Shown here: positions 19,985 to 30,182 of the stretch, piece by piece
How positions within the stretch are numbered: position 1 is the first letter of the stretch
How the letters are laid out: each line of letters starts with the position of its first letter
Translations under genes and position numbers: made by a program
Assembly (NCBI GenBank): GCA_040386955.1
Contig: JAZKER010000043.1
Location: 1,847-65,846, forward strand
Direction of reading: 5' to 3'
DNA from: Verrucomicrobiota bacterium
GTDB taxonomy: Bacteria; Verrucomicrobiota; Verrucomicrobiia; Verrucomicrobiales; Verrucomicrobiaceae
DNA length: 64,000 bases
The notes under the pieces: generated by a model
Told to the model about the DNA's origin: nothing
Seen by the model: the letters and a program-made list of their open reading frames with translations, nothing else
Database searches by the model: none

Positions 19985-22900
19985 ATGAAGACACCCACCG
20001 CTCATTCCAGTGCGCATGCTGTGCCGTCCCGCTCTGCCACGGCCCCAACCGGTCAATGCAGGGCGACCAGCCCACATCCCGTTTCCACCTTCAGACCCTG
20101 GCTCTGTGGCCTCCTCTGTACACTGGCACTCCCCTGGGCCCATGCGGCAGACCCGACCACTCCGGTTTATCTTTTGAATGAGGACAACACGCTGGCGACC
20201 GCCACCCTGGGCACCGTCTCCACACCTGGTACGACCATCCCGGTCACAGGGGTGCAGATGGGAGATGTTCTCGTCACCCTGGATGTGCGGCCGCAAAATC
20301 AGGCGCTGTATGCCTTGGGCGTGAATGCCGTGGCTGATACGGTGACCCTCTATCATCTTTCTCCGGCCACAGGGTTGGCTGTCATGCTGGGCACGGCTTC
20401 CACTCTGGCAGATGGCGCAGGTCTCCCGCTTGATCTGCCTGCCACCGGCTGGGACATTGATTTTAATCCCTCCGTGGACCGCGTAAGGGTCATCAATGCT
20501 GCGGGGCTGAACTTTCGGATGAACCCCAACAACGGTGCCGTGGTGGATGCCAATGCGGGGGTGGCGGGCAACCAGATTGATTCCAACATCAACGGAGCCA
20601 CCATGTCCGTCTCTGCAACGGCCTACACCAACAGCCAGCCTAACAATGGAGGCATCACCACCCAATACACCGTTGATGCGGCGACAGATTCGATCTACAT
20701 CCAGAATCCGCCTAACAATGGCACGCAGACCAATGGCCTGGGTGTGACGGCGGCTGGCATGCCTCTGGCCATCACGGAGGTTAATGGCTTTGACATCGAG
20801 CCGGGCATCAATGCCACCACCAACAATGTGGCTCCTGCCTCTGGGAAAGCCTATGCCATCCTTCGCACCTCGGGACCATCAGGTCTTTATGAGGTCAATC
20901 TCACCACAGGTGCAGCCACTTTTCTGGGCGGCACCACCGTGCGCAGCTTTGCCCTGCGCACTCGCCTCGGCGCAGCGGTCGCTCTCAGTACGGGTGGCAC
21001 CAGCGTGGTCCGTTTTTCTCCCTTTGTGCCAGGCACCAGCACGTCCGTTGCAGTCACCGGCATTCAAAATAGCGAAATCCTGGTCGGCATGGATCAGCGC
21101 CCAGCCACCGGTCAGCTCATGGGCCTCGGCGTCAATGCCGATACCAACACGGCAACGCTCTACCTCATTGATCCTCAAACAGCCACGGCCACCGTGGTCG
21201 GTGCTGCTGCCGGACTGATTGCTTATCAGGACGCCACAGCCAACCCGATTGATCTTCCATCTCCTGCGGTCGCCGGTTACGGCTTCGATTTTAACCCCAC
21301 CGTGGACCGTGTGCGGGTGGTCACCAGCACGGGGCTCAATCTTCGCGTCAATCCCCTGAGCGGCACCGCCGTCGATGGCAATGTCATGGATGCCGGGACC
21401 AATCCGGACGGGATGATCAATGGCGGCGGCACTGGTGTTTCTCACACCGCCTACACCAACAGCTTTGGCGGTGCGACAGCCACCACCCAGTATGGCTTGG
21501 ATGATGTCAGCGATTCCCTCTACATTCAGAATCCGCCGAATGTCGGGACTCTGACTGTCGGTACCCCGCTCACGCTCAATGGGACACCCTTGGACATCTC
21601 CAGCGTCGGCGGTTTTGACATCCCGAACTTCGTGACCGTCAGCACTTCCAATACCCCGGCTGTGGGCCAAGGCTGGCTCGTGACCGATGTGGCTGCCGTC
21701 AGCTCGCTCTACCGTGTCAACCTTGCCAATGGTGTGGCCACTTCTGTGGGTTCACCGCTGATGTCATTGTCTTCCCTCGCCATCCTGTCTGTCCCCGTGG
21801 CACCTGTCGTCGTCTCTCCGACCACAGCGAATGTTGAAGCTTTCAGCTCCACTCTCGGCGGCACCCTTACCGACCATGGCGGGGCCCCTATCCTGCAGCG
21901 CGGCGTGGTGTTCTCCCTGACTTCTGCCAATGCGGACCCCATGATCGGCGGCACTGGCGTTACCCAGGCGGTGAGTATGAGTGCCACCAACGTTTTCTCC
22001 ACGGACGTGACGGGCCTCACTGGAAATTCAGGCTACAGCTTCCGGGCCTATGCCACCACCGAAGCCGGGACCAGCTATTCTCCCGTGGCCACCTTTACCA
22101 CAGCCCTGGCGGAGATTCCCGAATTTGACGATGCCAGCGTGGGTGCTTCGATCTCCCTCAATGTTGGCAAAGTCCCCGGGACTCTTCTGACGGTGAGCGG
22201 ACTCCCGCAGGGGCTGCGCTTTAATCCTGCCACGGGCACCATCACAGGCCGTGCCACCATGGCCGGAGTCTATGTCGTTTCCATCATCGCCAGACTGCCT
22301 GGAGGTACCGAGCAGACCTTTGAAGAAACGTTGGTTATCCAGGCCCTGCCAAAAACGGCGGTGGGGACCTTCATCGGCCACATTGAGGCCCAGGCGATTC
22401 TGAATGGCAATGCGGGCGGTCGTTTTGATCTCACCACCACCATCACCGGTGCCTATACCTTGAAGCTGACCCAGCGCAGCAAAACCGTGATGATCAAAGG
22501 CTACCTCGCAGCTACCCCAGGCGTGGCCCCAGAACTGATGGCCGACGGACCCGATGGCACCGATATCGTCCTCACGCTAAATGCTGACAACACAGCCACA
22601 GGTACCCTCACAGACGGGGTGTCCTCTGCGGCATTCTCCGGCTGGCGCAAGACCTTCGATAAGCTCCTCAATCCTGCCCAGGATGAGATGGGCTATTACG
22701 CCGTGGCTCTGGATTTGCAGCCTGGAGATGTCGGCAATGCGGCCATCCCACAGGGATCAGGCTATGCCGCAGTCAATGTCGCCCCGGATGGCAACACGAC
22801 GGTCAATGGTCGCACAGCCGATGGTAACGCCATCCTTTCCAGCGGCTTCGTGGGTTCTGCAGGTCAGGTGCTTGTCTATCAACCGCTTTACAACAAGCTC

Positions 22901-23473
22901 GGCTCGGTGCAGGGCGAACTCAGCCTCACGGTGGACTCCTCTGGCAACTATGCTGAAAACTACCTGGAAGGCACCGTGGTGTGGATCAAGCCCGCCACCA
23001 CAGGCCGCACCTACGCAGATGCCTTTGGTCCCCTCACCCTGGATGTTTATGGCAAGTATCTGGCCCGCGCCGCTACCGGCAGTGTCGCCCTGGGCCTGCC
23101 CTCCAGTGCGGATCCCGCCTCCTTGGTCTTCGCCCAGGGCGGCATCTCCGCCGCCTCCATCAATCCCAACATCACCAATGGCATCACCCTCCTTCGGCCT
23201 TCGCTGAAACTGGTGCTTCCAACAGCTGGCAGCGTGGACAATCCTGGGCGCACCACGCTGATGCTCAAGGCCGCCAACGGCAGCCTCACGGGCAGCTTCA
23301 CCCTGAAGGACGGCACCCTTCAGCGCAAAGTAACCTTCCAGGGCATGATCATCCGGGGCGAGACGGGCAGCATCCTGGCCAGTGGTTACTTCCTCCTTCC
23401 GCAGATCCCTGGGGGCGGGCAGTCTGCTGCCAAAGCCCCGATCCTCTCTGGCCGGTTTGATCTCCTGCCGTAA
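19985..23473 (+). CDS. Large secreted protein with two DUF4394-like modules and an Ig-like (He_PIG-type) segment
   Basis: Two copies of the pattern LVTLDVRPQNQALYALG...GWDIDFNPSVDRVRVINAAGLNFRMNP and LVGMDQRPATGQLMGLG...GYGFDFNPTVDRVRVVTSTGLNLRVNP, each followed by DSIYIQNPPN / DSLYIQNPPN. Later segment: GLPQGLRFNPATGTITG. Confidence 0.7.
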   Translation: MKTPTAHSSAHAVPSRSATAPTGQCRATSPHPVSTFRPWLCGLLCTLALPWAHAADPTTPVYLLNEDNTLATATLGTVSTPGTTIPVTGVQMGDVLVTLDVRPQNQALYALGVNAVADTVTLYHLSPATGLAVMLGTASTLADGAGLPLDLPATGWDIDFNPSVDRVRVINAAGLNFRMNPNNGAVVDANAGVAGNQIDSNINGATMSVSATAYTNSQPNNGGITTQYTVDAATDSIYIQNPPNNGTQTNGLGVTAAGMPLAITEVNGFDIEPGINATTNNVAPASGKAYAILRTSGPSGLYEVNLTTGAATFLGGTTVRSFALRTRLGAAVALSTGGTSVVRFSPFVPGTSTSVAVTGIQNSEILVGMDQRPATGQLMGLGVNADTNTATLYLIDPQTATATVVGAAAGLIAYQDATANPIDLPSPAVAGYGFDFNPTVDRVRVVTSTGLNLRVNPLSGTAVDGNVMDAGTNPDGMINGGGTGVSHTAYTNSFGGATATTQYGLDDVSDSLYIQNPPNVGTLTVGTPLTLNGTPLDISSVGGFDIPNFVTVSTSNTPAVGQGWLVTDVAAVSSLYRVNLANGVATSVGSPLMSLSSLAILSVPVAPVVVSPTTANVEAFSSTLGGTLTDHGGAPILQRGVVFSLTSANADPMIGGTGVTQAVSMSATNVFSTDVTGLTGNSGYSFRAYATTEAGTSYSPVATFTTALAEIPEFDDASVGASISLNVGKVPGTLLTVSGLPQGLRFNPATGTITGRATMAGVYVVSIIARLPGGTEQTFEETLVIQALPKTAVGTFIGHIEAQAILNGNAGGRFDLTTTITGAYTLKLTQRSKTVMIKGYLAATPGVAPELMADGPDGTDIVLTLNADNTATGTLTDGVSSAAFSGWRKTFDKLLNPAQDEMGYYAVALDLQPGDVGNAAIPQGSGYAAVNVAPDGNTTVNGRTADGNAILSSGFVGSAGQVLVYQPLYNKLGSVQGELSLTVDSSGNYAENYLEGTVVWIKPATTGRTYADAFGPLTLDVYGKYLARAATGSVALGLPSSADPASLVFAQGGISAASINPNITNGITLLRPSLKLVLPTAGSVDNPGRTTLMLKAANGSLTGSFTLKDGTLQRKVTFQGMIIRGETGSILASGYFLLPQIPGGGQSAAKAPILSGRFDLLP

Positions 23474-23595
23474 CAGGGATCCTCACATCGGTCTGACTCC
23501 TTTCAGCGCTTCTTTGCCCACGCGAAACCTTGTTTCGTGCGGGATGAGGAAGCGTTGATTGTTTTGAAAATGGTTATGCCAGAGGAAAGGAAGAA

Positions 23596-24417
23596 TCACG
23601 CCAATGGCGGCTCTTCAGAAACGAGCTTCAGCATCTGGCGTGAACGCTCCAGAAAGCGGCCCGCATCATCTGGATGCAGCACGTTTTGAAAACAGCAGCA
23701 AAACCAGCCATGGCCGACATACCAGCACTCTCCCTTCGGTGCAGTGGTTAGTTCGGCAAGAACCGCAGGCTTCAGGACTCGCGCCGCAGTTCCCGCATCT
23801 CCGTGGAAGATCCAGGTTTTGGCCAGGGCCTCATGTCCAGGCAGCACCAAAGCGTGGGCTCTCTGCGCACGCCTTTGTAGCCAGGGCGGTTTGGACATCA
23901 CGAATCCTGGAAGGTCTCCCGGTGACTGATCCGGGGCAGGGGAGAGAGGGCTCAGCCAGGTGATCACTGTCCGAATGTGTTCCTGGGAATAGCGGCCGCT
24001 GCCCGTCACAAAACGGAATTCAAAGATGCAGAGCGGATCCGTGTGCCCGTTCAGGGTGGCATACCATTGAACATTGGGGCCGCCCCCTCGCAGGTCCAGC
24101 ACCTGCGCCAGCGGCTTGACGTAGTTCCACAGCCGTTCGCATTTCTCTTTGTCAGGTGTCAGGGTGGCCTGCAAGCCAGCGGCCTGCAGATTTTTGGCCA
24201 GACGGGCCATCCTTTGGCGATGTTTGCGTCTGAGAATCATCCAGCCGAGAACGAAGGCCATGATGAGGGGGATGGCAAAATAGACCAGGTCAAAGGCTGT
24301 CATCCGCCTGGGGCCAAGCATCGGCACCGTGGCGATTTCCCCCACCACTGCCAGCAGACAAAGGACGACGATGATCCACTTCGTCCGTGGGGCTTTGCGG
24401 TATGCCGGATGTGCCAT
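23596..24417 (-). CDS. Hypothetical membrane protein (2 TM)
   Basis: Two N-terminal hydrophobic helices, then a soluble domain with no recognisable motif. Codon composition is typical for the genome. Confidence 0.5.
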   Translation of the reverse strand: MAHPAYRKAPRTKWIIVVLCLLAVVGEIATVPMLGPRRMTAFDLVYFAIPLIMAFVLGWMILRRKHRQRMARLAKNLQAAGLQATLTPDKEKCERLWNYVKPLAQVLDLRGGGPNVQWYATLNGHTDPLCIFEFRFVTGSGRYSQEHIRTVITWLSPLSPAPDQSPGDLPGFVMSKPPWLQRRAQRAHALVLPGHEALAKTWIFHGDAGTAARVLKPAVLAELTTAPKGECWYVGHGWFCCCFQNVLHPDDAGRFLERSRQMLKLVSEEPPLA

Positions 24418-24576
24418 GACACGGCAGTCTAAGCCAAAAGATCTTTCTTGTTAAGTCTTTCCCTGCTCCAAGACTGGTTTTCGAGGCACAACCGAAGCTG
24501 CCCAGGAAAAACGCGCGCACGGTTCTCCTGAAAGACCGCCGGGTCCTCCTCGTTTGAAGGGGCCAGCTTTCCTCTG

Positions 24577-25293
24577 ATGAAGATCTTCACACCTGCTCTC
24601 CTGGCTACCCTATTGGCTGCATCCTGCCTGCAGGCGGATGTCGCCGCTCCTGTGGCTGACCCGGATTTGCCGCAGCCGCTGGACGCGGCGTTTGCTGAGG
24701 CTCTGCTGACAGAGTCACCTTTCACCCGCTCGGTGAATCTGGAGGAGTCGCTTCAGCTCACAGGCATGGCCTATGTGGCGGGGCATCCTGTGGCCACAGT
24801 CTTCAATAAAGCCACCAATCAGAGCTACCTCGTCACCGATCAGCCTAACGAAATGGGTTGGCACCTCACGGCCGCAATGGCTGGCACGGACCTCAGCAAT
24901 TCCCAGGTGGAAATGCAGGTGGGGCCGGAGACCCTGGTCATGCACTACCATGGCCAGTCCATGGTTCCCGGTGGAGAGGCAAAGGACAGCTCAAAAAGCC
25001 GCCTGGCAGGCAAGGGCGAAGGCAAAAAGGCCTCCGGTAAAACCGCAGCATCCTCTTTGTTAGGTGATAAAGGGCGCGAGCTTTATGCCTCGCTCTCTTC
25101 CGAGGCCCGGGGCAAGTTTAAGGACCTGGTGAGGTCCCAGTTCGACAAGAAGCCGGATATGACCCCTGAGCAAAGCTCCGCTTATGCCCAGAAGGTCTTT
25201 GCCAAGATCAAAGAAAACGACCGCCCCTCGGCTGCGGGTACTCCAAAGCCTCCCAAACAAGGCAAGCCAGTCAAAAAGAAACAGGGAGCCTGA
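24577..25293 (+). CDS. Hypothetical secreted protein with Lys/Gly/Ser-rich C-terminal half
   Basis: Signal peptide MKIFTPALLATLLAASCLQA. Low-complexity basic tail. Its stop abuts the stop of the convergent ldt gene (tgatca). Confidence 0.55.
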   Translation: MKIFTPALLATLLAASCLQADVAAPVADPDLPQPLDAAFAEALLTESPFTRSVNLEESLQLTGMAYVAGHPVATVFNKATNQSYLVTDQPNEMGWHLTAAMAGTDLSNSQVEMQVGPETLVMHYHGQSMVPGGEAKDSSKSRLAGKGEGKKASGKTAASSLLGDKGRELYASLSSEARGKFKDLVRSQFDKKPDMTPEQSSAYAQKVFAKIKENDRPSAAGTPKPPKQGKPVKKKQGA

Positions 25294-26373
25294 TCAATGG
25301 ATCGAGACGGCCACCCCTGCACGCAGGCGGGTGGCCAGACGGACGATGTCCCAATTGGCCAGCCGCACGCAGCCATGGCTGGCACTGCGGCCGATGGCAT
25401 CCGGATCACCCGTGCCATGCAGGCCGATGCCACGCTTGTTCAGGGCGATCCAGATCACCCCCACCGGATTGTTAGGCCCAGGGGACAGCAGGTAGGTTTC
25501 ATCGCTCCGCTCGCCAGTCTTCAAAAAGGATTCATCGTAGCGAAAGTCGGGCAGCCGGGCGATGCCGCGCACCTTCCAGTCGCCTTCAGGAGACTGGGTC
25601 TGCTGTGAACCGATGGTGACCGGAAAGGCAGCCGTCAGCTTTCCAGCTTCAAAGAGGCGCAGCATATTGTCGCCCGTATCCACCTTTACCTCGATCTTGG
25701 CAGCCGTTCCGTCCGGGGTTTCCTTGTCGGAGGTCTTGTCTGCATTCTTGCCCTTGGGTTTGTCACCGTCATCACGGCTGTCAGTCAGATCCAAAAGGGG
25801 CAGGTCTTTGACCGCTGCCACATCAAAGGGCTCCACGTTCGGCACCTTGATTTTGTCACCCGCTTTCACGCTTTCCAGCTTGCCGGGATTGAGCTCCTTG
25901 AGGAAGTCGAGATCGCAATGGAATTTCTCCGCCAGGGCTTCCGCGAGGCTGGCATAGGGCAGCCACTTCAGCTTCGCCATGGCCTTCACTTCTTTGGGCA
26001 GTTCTCCCACGGTCTTCTGGTCTGCTTCGGTCACCGTGTACTCGATGAAGGCCGGGCCGATGCTGGCCAGATCCAGGTCCTTGAGATCGGGCAAAGGGCG
26101 CTTGGCCTTGTCATCCTTGGCAGGCTCCACCGCCGTTGCCTCTTCTTTCCCATGTGCCTGGCGGTAAAGGTGGAACGCCTTCTCCGTGAAGCCACCGTAG
26201 TGGCCGTCGATCTTGCCTGGGCCGAAGCCCGCGCGGTCCAGGAAGACTTGGAGCAGGGTTGCTGCCTCCACCTCCGAAGATGCAGCAGGCGGATCGGTCT
26301 GCGCCGCGAGGGCAGAGGTGAGCGGCCCGAAGAGGCAGGCAGCCAGAAGCAGGAAACGAGGTGACGGATTCAT
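25294..26373 (-). CDS. L,D-transpeptidase (YkuD domain) with peptidoglycan-binding-like N-domain
   Basis: Catalytic block GLHGTGDPDAIGRSASHGCVRLANWD. Signal peptide starts at MNPSPRFLLLAACLF. PG-binding-like segment: FGPGKIDGHYGGFTEKAF. Confidence 0.85.
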   Translation of the reverse strand: MNPSPRFLLLAACLFGPLTSALAAQTDPPAASSEVEAATLLQVFLDRAGFGPGKIDGHYGGFTEKAFHLYRQAHGKEEATAVEPAKDDKAKRPLPDLKDLDLASIGPAFIEYTVTEADQKTVGELPKEVKAMAKLKWLPYASLAEALAEKFHCDLDFLKELNPGKLESVKAGDKIKVPNVEPFDVAAVKDLPLLDLTDSRDDGDKPKGKNADKTSDKETPDGTAAKIEVKVDTGDNMLRLFEAGKLTAAFPVTIGSQQTQSPEGDWKVRGIARLPDFRYDESFLKTGERSDETYLLSPGPNNPVGVIWIALNKRGIGLHGTGDPDAIGRSASHGCVRLANWDIVRLATRLRAGVAVSIH

Positions 26374-26417
26374 GCACAGCATTCGCGGCTGTGCCCCTCA
26401 CTGGCTGTGCATCTCTG

Positions 26418-27509
26418 CTACCTCACCAGCATCCACAGCGTGCTGGCTCCGTGACCAGCGGGGAAATCGGTCTGCGAGGCGATCCTCACATAGTCCACGG
26501 CCCGCCGCTTGATCTTGGCGCACTGTCGCGAGCGGCGTTCCAGGGAGACGGGGTCCAGCTTCGTGCAGTTCGTGGAAAGCAAGATGGCGCACTTGGGCAT
26601 GGCCAGTTCCAGGGCGGCATTCACCAAGTCTTCAAAATGCTGCTCCACCTGCCAGAGACGCCCCTTGTCATTTCGCGAGAACGTGGGCGGATCCAAGATG
26701 ATGACATCGAAGCGTTCGCCCCTGCGTTCCAGCCTGGGCATGAGTTCCTGGGCATCATCGGCGATGAAGCGATGCTTTGTTTCAGCAATGCCATTGAGCG
26801 CGAGGTTTTGCTTGCCGCGATCCAGCGACTTCTTGGAAAGGTCCACGCTCACCGTTTCAGCCCCCGCAAGTCCGGCGACGACGGTGAAGCTGCAGGTGTA
26901 GGCAAAGGTGTTCAGCATCCGCTTTGGCTTGAACAGGGGAAGCTGGGCCCGGTTGGCGCGCTGATCCAGGAACAAGCCGTGGCTGTAGCCTGCGGCAAAA
27001 TCCAGGCCGTAGCGCACTCCGGCTTCAGTCACGACGGTGGTCATGGGAAGGGTGGCATCGCCGCTTTTCAGCACGGGAGAGATCCGCTCATCATTCTTCA
27101 GTGGCAAAAAGCGGGTGAAGACACGCACGGGAGCCCAGCCCGACTGGCTGCTCCAGGTTTCCAGCCCCGCGCTCAGTTCCGCCAGGGCCGCATCGTTTTT
27201 ATGGGAGATCATGGCGTCGTCTCCCAGGCGCTCCACCCAGCCCCCGGAGCCTGAGCCGATGCGGTGGGCGGTGGTCCCGGCTGCTTCAAAAAGGGCTCTT
27301 TGGGCAGGCGCAATCCAGGTGATGGGTTGCACGGCAGGACGTCGGGAAAGGGAGGGATGCACCTCGCATCCTGCCGCAGAATCCGGCCCTGAGCAAACTG
27401 CACCTGCTTGTGCGCGTGGAAACGCGGTCCAGAGGCAAGATTTCACTTTGCCAAATTCAGTCTTCGCCACAACCATAAGTCGCCCGGCCCAGAGGCTGAA
27501 AACTCGCAA
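26418..27509 (-). CDS. Class I SAM-dependent (RlmI/RlmK-like) RNA methyltransferase
   Basis: GLFLDQR, LNTFAYTCSFTV, and FDVIILDPPTFS (the DPPxF motif). The exact start is uncertain because the N-terminal ~60 aa of the ORF look non-coding-like. Confidence 0.7.
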   Translation of the reverse strand: MRVFSLWAGRLMVVAKTEFGKVKSCLWTAFPRAQAGAVCSGPDSAAGCEVHPSLSRRPAVQPITWIAPAQRALFEAAGTTAHRIGSGSGGWVERLGDDAMISHKNDAALAELSAGLETWSSQSGWAPVRVFTRFLPLKNDERISPVLKSGDATLPMTTVVTEAGVRYGLDFAAGYSHGLFLDQRANRAQLPLFKPKRMLNTFAYTCSFTVVAGLAGAETVSVDLSKKSLDRGKQNLALNGIAETKHRFIADDAQELMPRLERRGERFDVIILDPPTFSRNDKGRLWQVEQHFEDLVNAALELAMPKCAILLSTNCTKLDPVSLERRSRQCAKIKRRAVDYVRIASQTDFPAGHGASTLWMLVR

Positions 27510-27534
27510 CCCTACTCAAGACTTTCCCTGAACC

Positions 27535-27723
27535 ATGCGGAGCCAGAAACAGACCAATAAGCCACCCCGGCCCTTCAAGAGTGGCAACTCAGACTTCGGG
27601 TGGGGAGGAAATCGCAGCGGCGGTTTTATTCCTGGGCAGAAACCAGCGGTCAAAGTGAAGAAAAAAACGGCGGAGGAGTCGGCCAAACCGCCCCCGGAAT
27701 CCTCTCCACCCTCGCAGGAGTAG
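27535..27723 (+). CDS. Possible small basic protein (62 aa)
   Basis: An ORF only. It is Lys/Pro/Gly-rich with no recognisable motif. Confidence 0.25.
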   Translation: MRSQKQTNKPPRPFKSGNSDFGWGGNRSGGFIPGQKPAVKVKKKTAEESAKPPPESSPPSQE

Positions 27724-28064
27724 GCTCAGGCTTCCCATTCGGAAGCGGTTGTCCTCTGTGACGAAGGCCACTTTTGCGAGGCATGAAAACTCTTCAGTAC
27801 CTGCTCGTTGAGCTGTTTGTCCTTAGCCTGAAACGGCAGCCCCATAGTGGATTGTTGAATACTTATTGTTAGACCCGCACGGGTTGCACAAAGGTATCGT
27901 CGTCCACAGATGGACCAGGAGAGGGATGGTCTTGGCAAGCAGCGGCCAAAACACATCCTCCCTCGCCCCGCTTGCGGGGAGCAGGGCTGGGGTGAGGCGC
28001 GGTCGAAGCTCGAGCGATCCTAATCCCGAGGGGAAAACCAAACCCGTTTTAACGGGCGATGGTG

Positions 28065-29186
28065 TTAGACTCTCAGCTCGCGGAAGGTCAAATGCAGCGC
28101 TTTTTCAAGCTGGGGCAGCTTCCACTTTTCCTTCGGGTGGATGAGGCAGAGCGACATCCCCTTTTTGCCAGCTCGGGCCGTGCGACCGCTGCGGTGCGTG
28201 TAGTATTCCAGCTGGTCCGGGAGCTGGTGATGGATCACAAAGGCCAGATCGGCCACGTCAATGCCGCGCGCGGCCACATCGGTGGCGACGACGAACTGCA
28301 CACGTTCCTTTTTAAAGGCCCGCATCACTTTGTCGCGCTCCTTCTGCATCAGGTCCCCCTGTAGCACATCCACCGGCAGGCCGAGGGCCGCCAGCTCGCG
28401 GCACAGGGTGTTTGCATCCGCCTTGGTACGGCAGAAGATGATGCCTCGCCCTTCCTGCTGGCGTTTCAGGAAATCGCTGATGAACTCCGTCTTTTCCTCA
28501 GGCTTCAGGATCACAAACCGATGGTCAATGTCCCGGTTCACCACGTGGCCCTGGTCAATCTGGATCGTGTGCGGATTTGGCGCCATGCATCCTTTGATCA
28601 GCGTGTGAATCGCCTCTGGAAACGTCGCCGAAAACAGCCAGGTGCTCTGCCTCTTTGTCGTCAGTTTCAGGATCTCCTGAAGCTCCTTTTTGAAACCCAT
28701 GCTCAGCATCTCATCCGCCTCATCCAGAACCACGTGCTTGACGTTTTCCAGAGACAAGGCCCGCCGCTCGATCATGTCGATGATCCGTCCTGGCGTCCCG
28801 ACCACAATATTGGTCGGCCGTTTCAGCGCCTCCACCTGCCGGTCAATGTTGTCCCCCCCGGTGATCACCTCCACAAAGATTTTCTCCTGGACCTGCTTGG
28901 TGAACTTGAAGAGCTGTTTGCCGATCTGCTTTGCCAGTTCGCGGGTCGGCGCAATCACCAGTCCCTGCACCACGGGCAGCTTCGAATTCATCTTCATCAG
29001 CAGAGGCAGGCCAAATGCCGCCGTCTTGCCCGTGCCCGTCTGGGCTTGGGCAACAAGATCCGCCCCCTCCTTCAGTAAGAACGGAATCACACGCTGCTGT
29101 ACCTGCGTCGGCACCAGAATCCCCAGCTCTTCCAGCCCGCGGATCAGGTCATGACGAACACCCAGCTCTCTAAAATTTTGCGACAT
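28065..29186 (-). CDS. DEAD-box ATP-dependent RNA helicase
   Basis: Q-motif region FRELGV, Walker A AQTGTGKT, VLDEADEM, SAT, HRSGRTARAG. Start taken at MSQNF; the ORF is open to 29213. Confidence 0.9.
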   Translation of the reverse strand: MSQNFRELGVRHDLIRGLEELGILVPTQVQQRVIPFLLKEGADLVAQAQTGTGKTAAFGLPLLMKMNSKLPVVQGLVIAPTRELAKQIGKQLFKFTKQVQEKIFVEVITGGDNIDRQVEALKRPTNIVVGTPGRIIDMIERRALSLENVKHVVLDEADEMLSMGFKKELQEILKLTTKRQSTWLFSATFPEAIHTLIKGCMAPNPHTIQIDQGHVVNRDIDHRFVILKPEEKTEFISDFLKRQQEGRGIIFCRTKADANTLCRELAALGLPVDVLQGDLMQKERDKVMRAFKKERVQFVVATDVAARGIDVADLAFVIHHQLPDQLEYYTHRSGRTARAGKKGMSLCLIHPKEKWKLPQLEKALHLTFRELRV

Positions 29187-29316
29187 TCCTCTGCCATCCC
29201 TCAGGATGGGCACGAATGCCAGCAGAATGAACTGTGAGCACTTTGGATCTGAAGTGATCCCCTGCTAGATCAGGCGTCCGCTCAAAATGGAGAAAAGTTC
29301 ATTCCTGTGACCCTTC

Positions 29317-29817
29317 TCAGAGGTTGGCGAGGTCTTCGGCCAGACGGTCGAACATGGACAGCCAGCTTGGGTAGGCACCCGTGCGCCGGGCGATGGATTC
29401 CTGCACGCTTTGGTGGAGTGTCAGGAGGGTGCTGCCGTCGGCTTGTTCGGCCAAAGTGAGGGTGACGGTGGTTTCAGCAGGCCAGTCGGGATCATGCCCG
29501 GCCTCTCCGGCGGCAATGAGATGGCCAGCCGCATCCGCAAGGGCCATGGTGTAAACGAGCCGTTCAGGCGGCACGATCTCCAGGTAGGTTCCCAGGCACC
29601 AGCAGTCCCCAAAACTCGGGTTGCTGATGCGCGAGTGAAAACTGCCACCGACGCGAAAGTCAAAGCGGGCAAAGTGGATGTCACAGCCCTCCGGTGCATG
29701 CCAGCGGGTGAGGTGGACGCGATCTGTCCAGGCCTGCCACACAAGCTGGCGCGGCGCGCGGAAGGTACGGGTGATGAGGACTTCGCCATCGGCGGAAGGT
29801 GGAGTGGGTGCAGTCAT
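29317..29817 (-). CDS. SRPBCC / AHSA1-family protein
   Basis: ITRTFRAPRQLVWQAWTD...RWHAPEG...FDFRVGGSF...ERLVYT. It overlaps the upstream arsR-type gene by 4 nt, a common pairing. Confidence 0.85.
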   Translation of the reverse strand: MTAPTPPSADGEVLITRTFRAPRQLVWQAWTDRVHLTRWHAPEGCDIHFARFDFRVGGSFHSRISNPSFGDCWCLGTYLEIVPPERLVYTMALADAAGHLIAAGEAGHDPDWPAETTVTLTLAEQADGSTLLTLHQSVQESIARRTGAYPSWLSMFDRLAEDLANL

Positions 29818-30182
29818 GGTGCTGGGATGTCGGTTGGTGTTTTTGTTGGGTGGGCTTGCATTTCGGCAAGGTAATTCTCCAGGCGGTCAAAGCTGGCCTC
29901 CCAGTGGCGGCGGTAGCTTTCCATCCACGTCTGGGCCTGCTGCATGGGCCCGGCATTCAGGCTGAGGCAGTGGACGCGGCCCAGGCGGCGGCGGCTGATG
30001 AGGCCCGCCTCTTCCAGCACGCGCAGGTGTTTGGACACGGCAGGCAGGGACATCGCATGGGGTTTGGCCAGATCCGTCACACAGCAGTCACCCCGCGAAA
30101 GGTGGTCCAATAGGCTGCGACGGGTGGGATCCGCGAGGGCGGCAAAGGTAAGATTCAAAATTCCGGCCTGACATTTAACCAT
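29814..30182 (-). CDS. ArsR/SmtB-family transcriptional regulator
   Basis: FAALADPTRRSLLDHLSRGDCCVTDLAKPHAMSLPAVSKHLRVLEEAGLI winged-helix signature. Confidence 0.9.
   Translation of the reverse strand: MVKCQAGILNLTFAALADPTRRSLLDHLSRGDCCVTDLAKPHAMSLPAVSKHLRVLEEAGLISRRRLGRVHCLSLNAGPMQQAQTWMESYRRHWEASFDRLENYLAEMQAHPTKTPTDIPAP

Noticed and set aside
19847-21670. Minus-strand ORFs 19847-20665 and 20879-21670
   Set aside because: They are antisense to the DUF4394-like gene. They are Gly/Arg/His-rich shadow ORFs with no start context.
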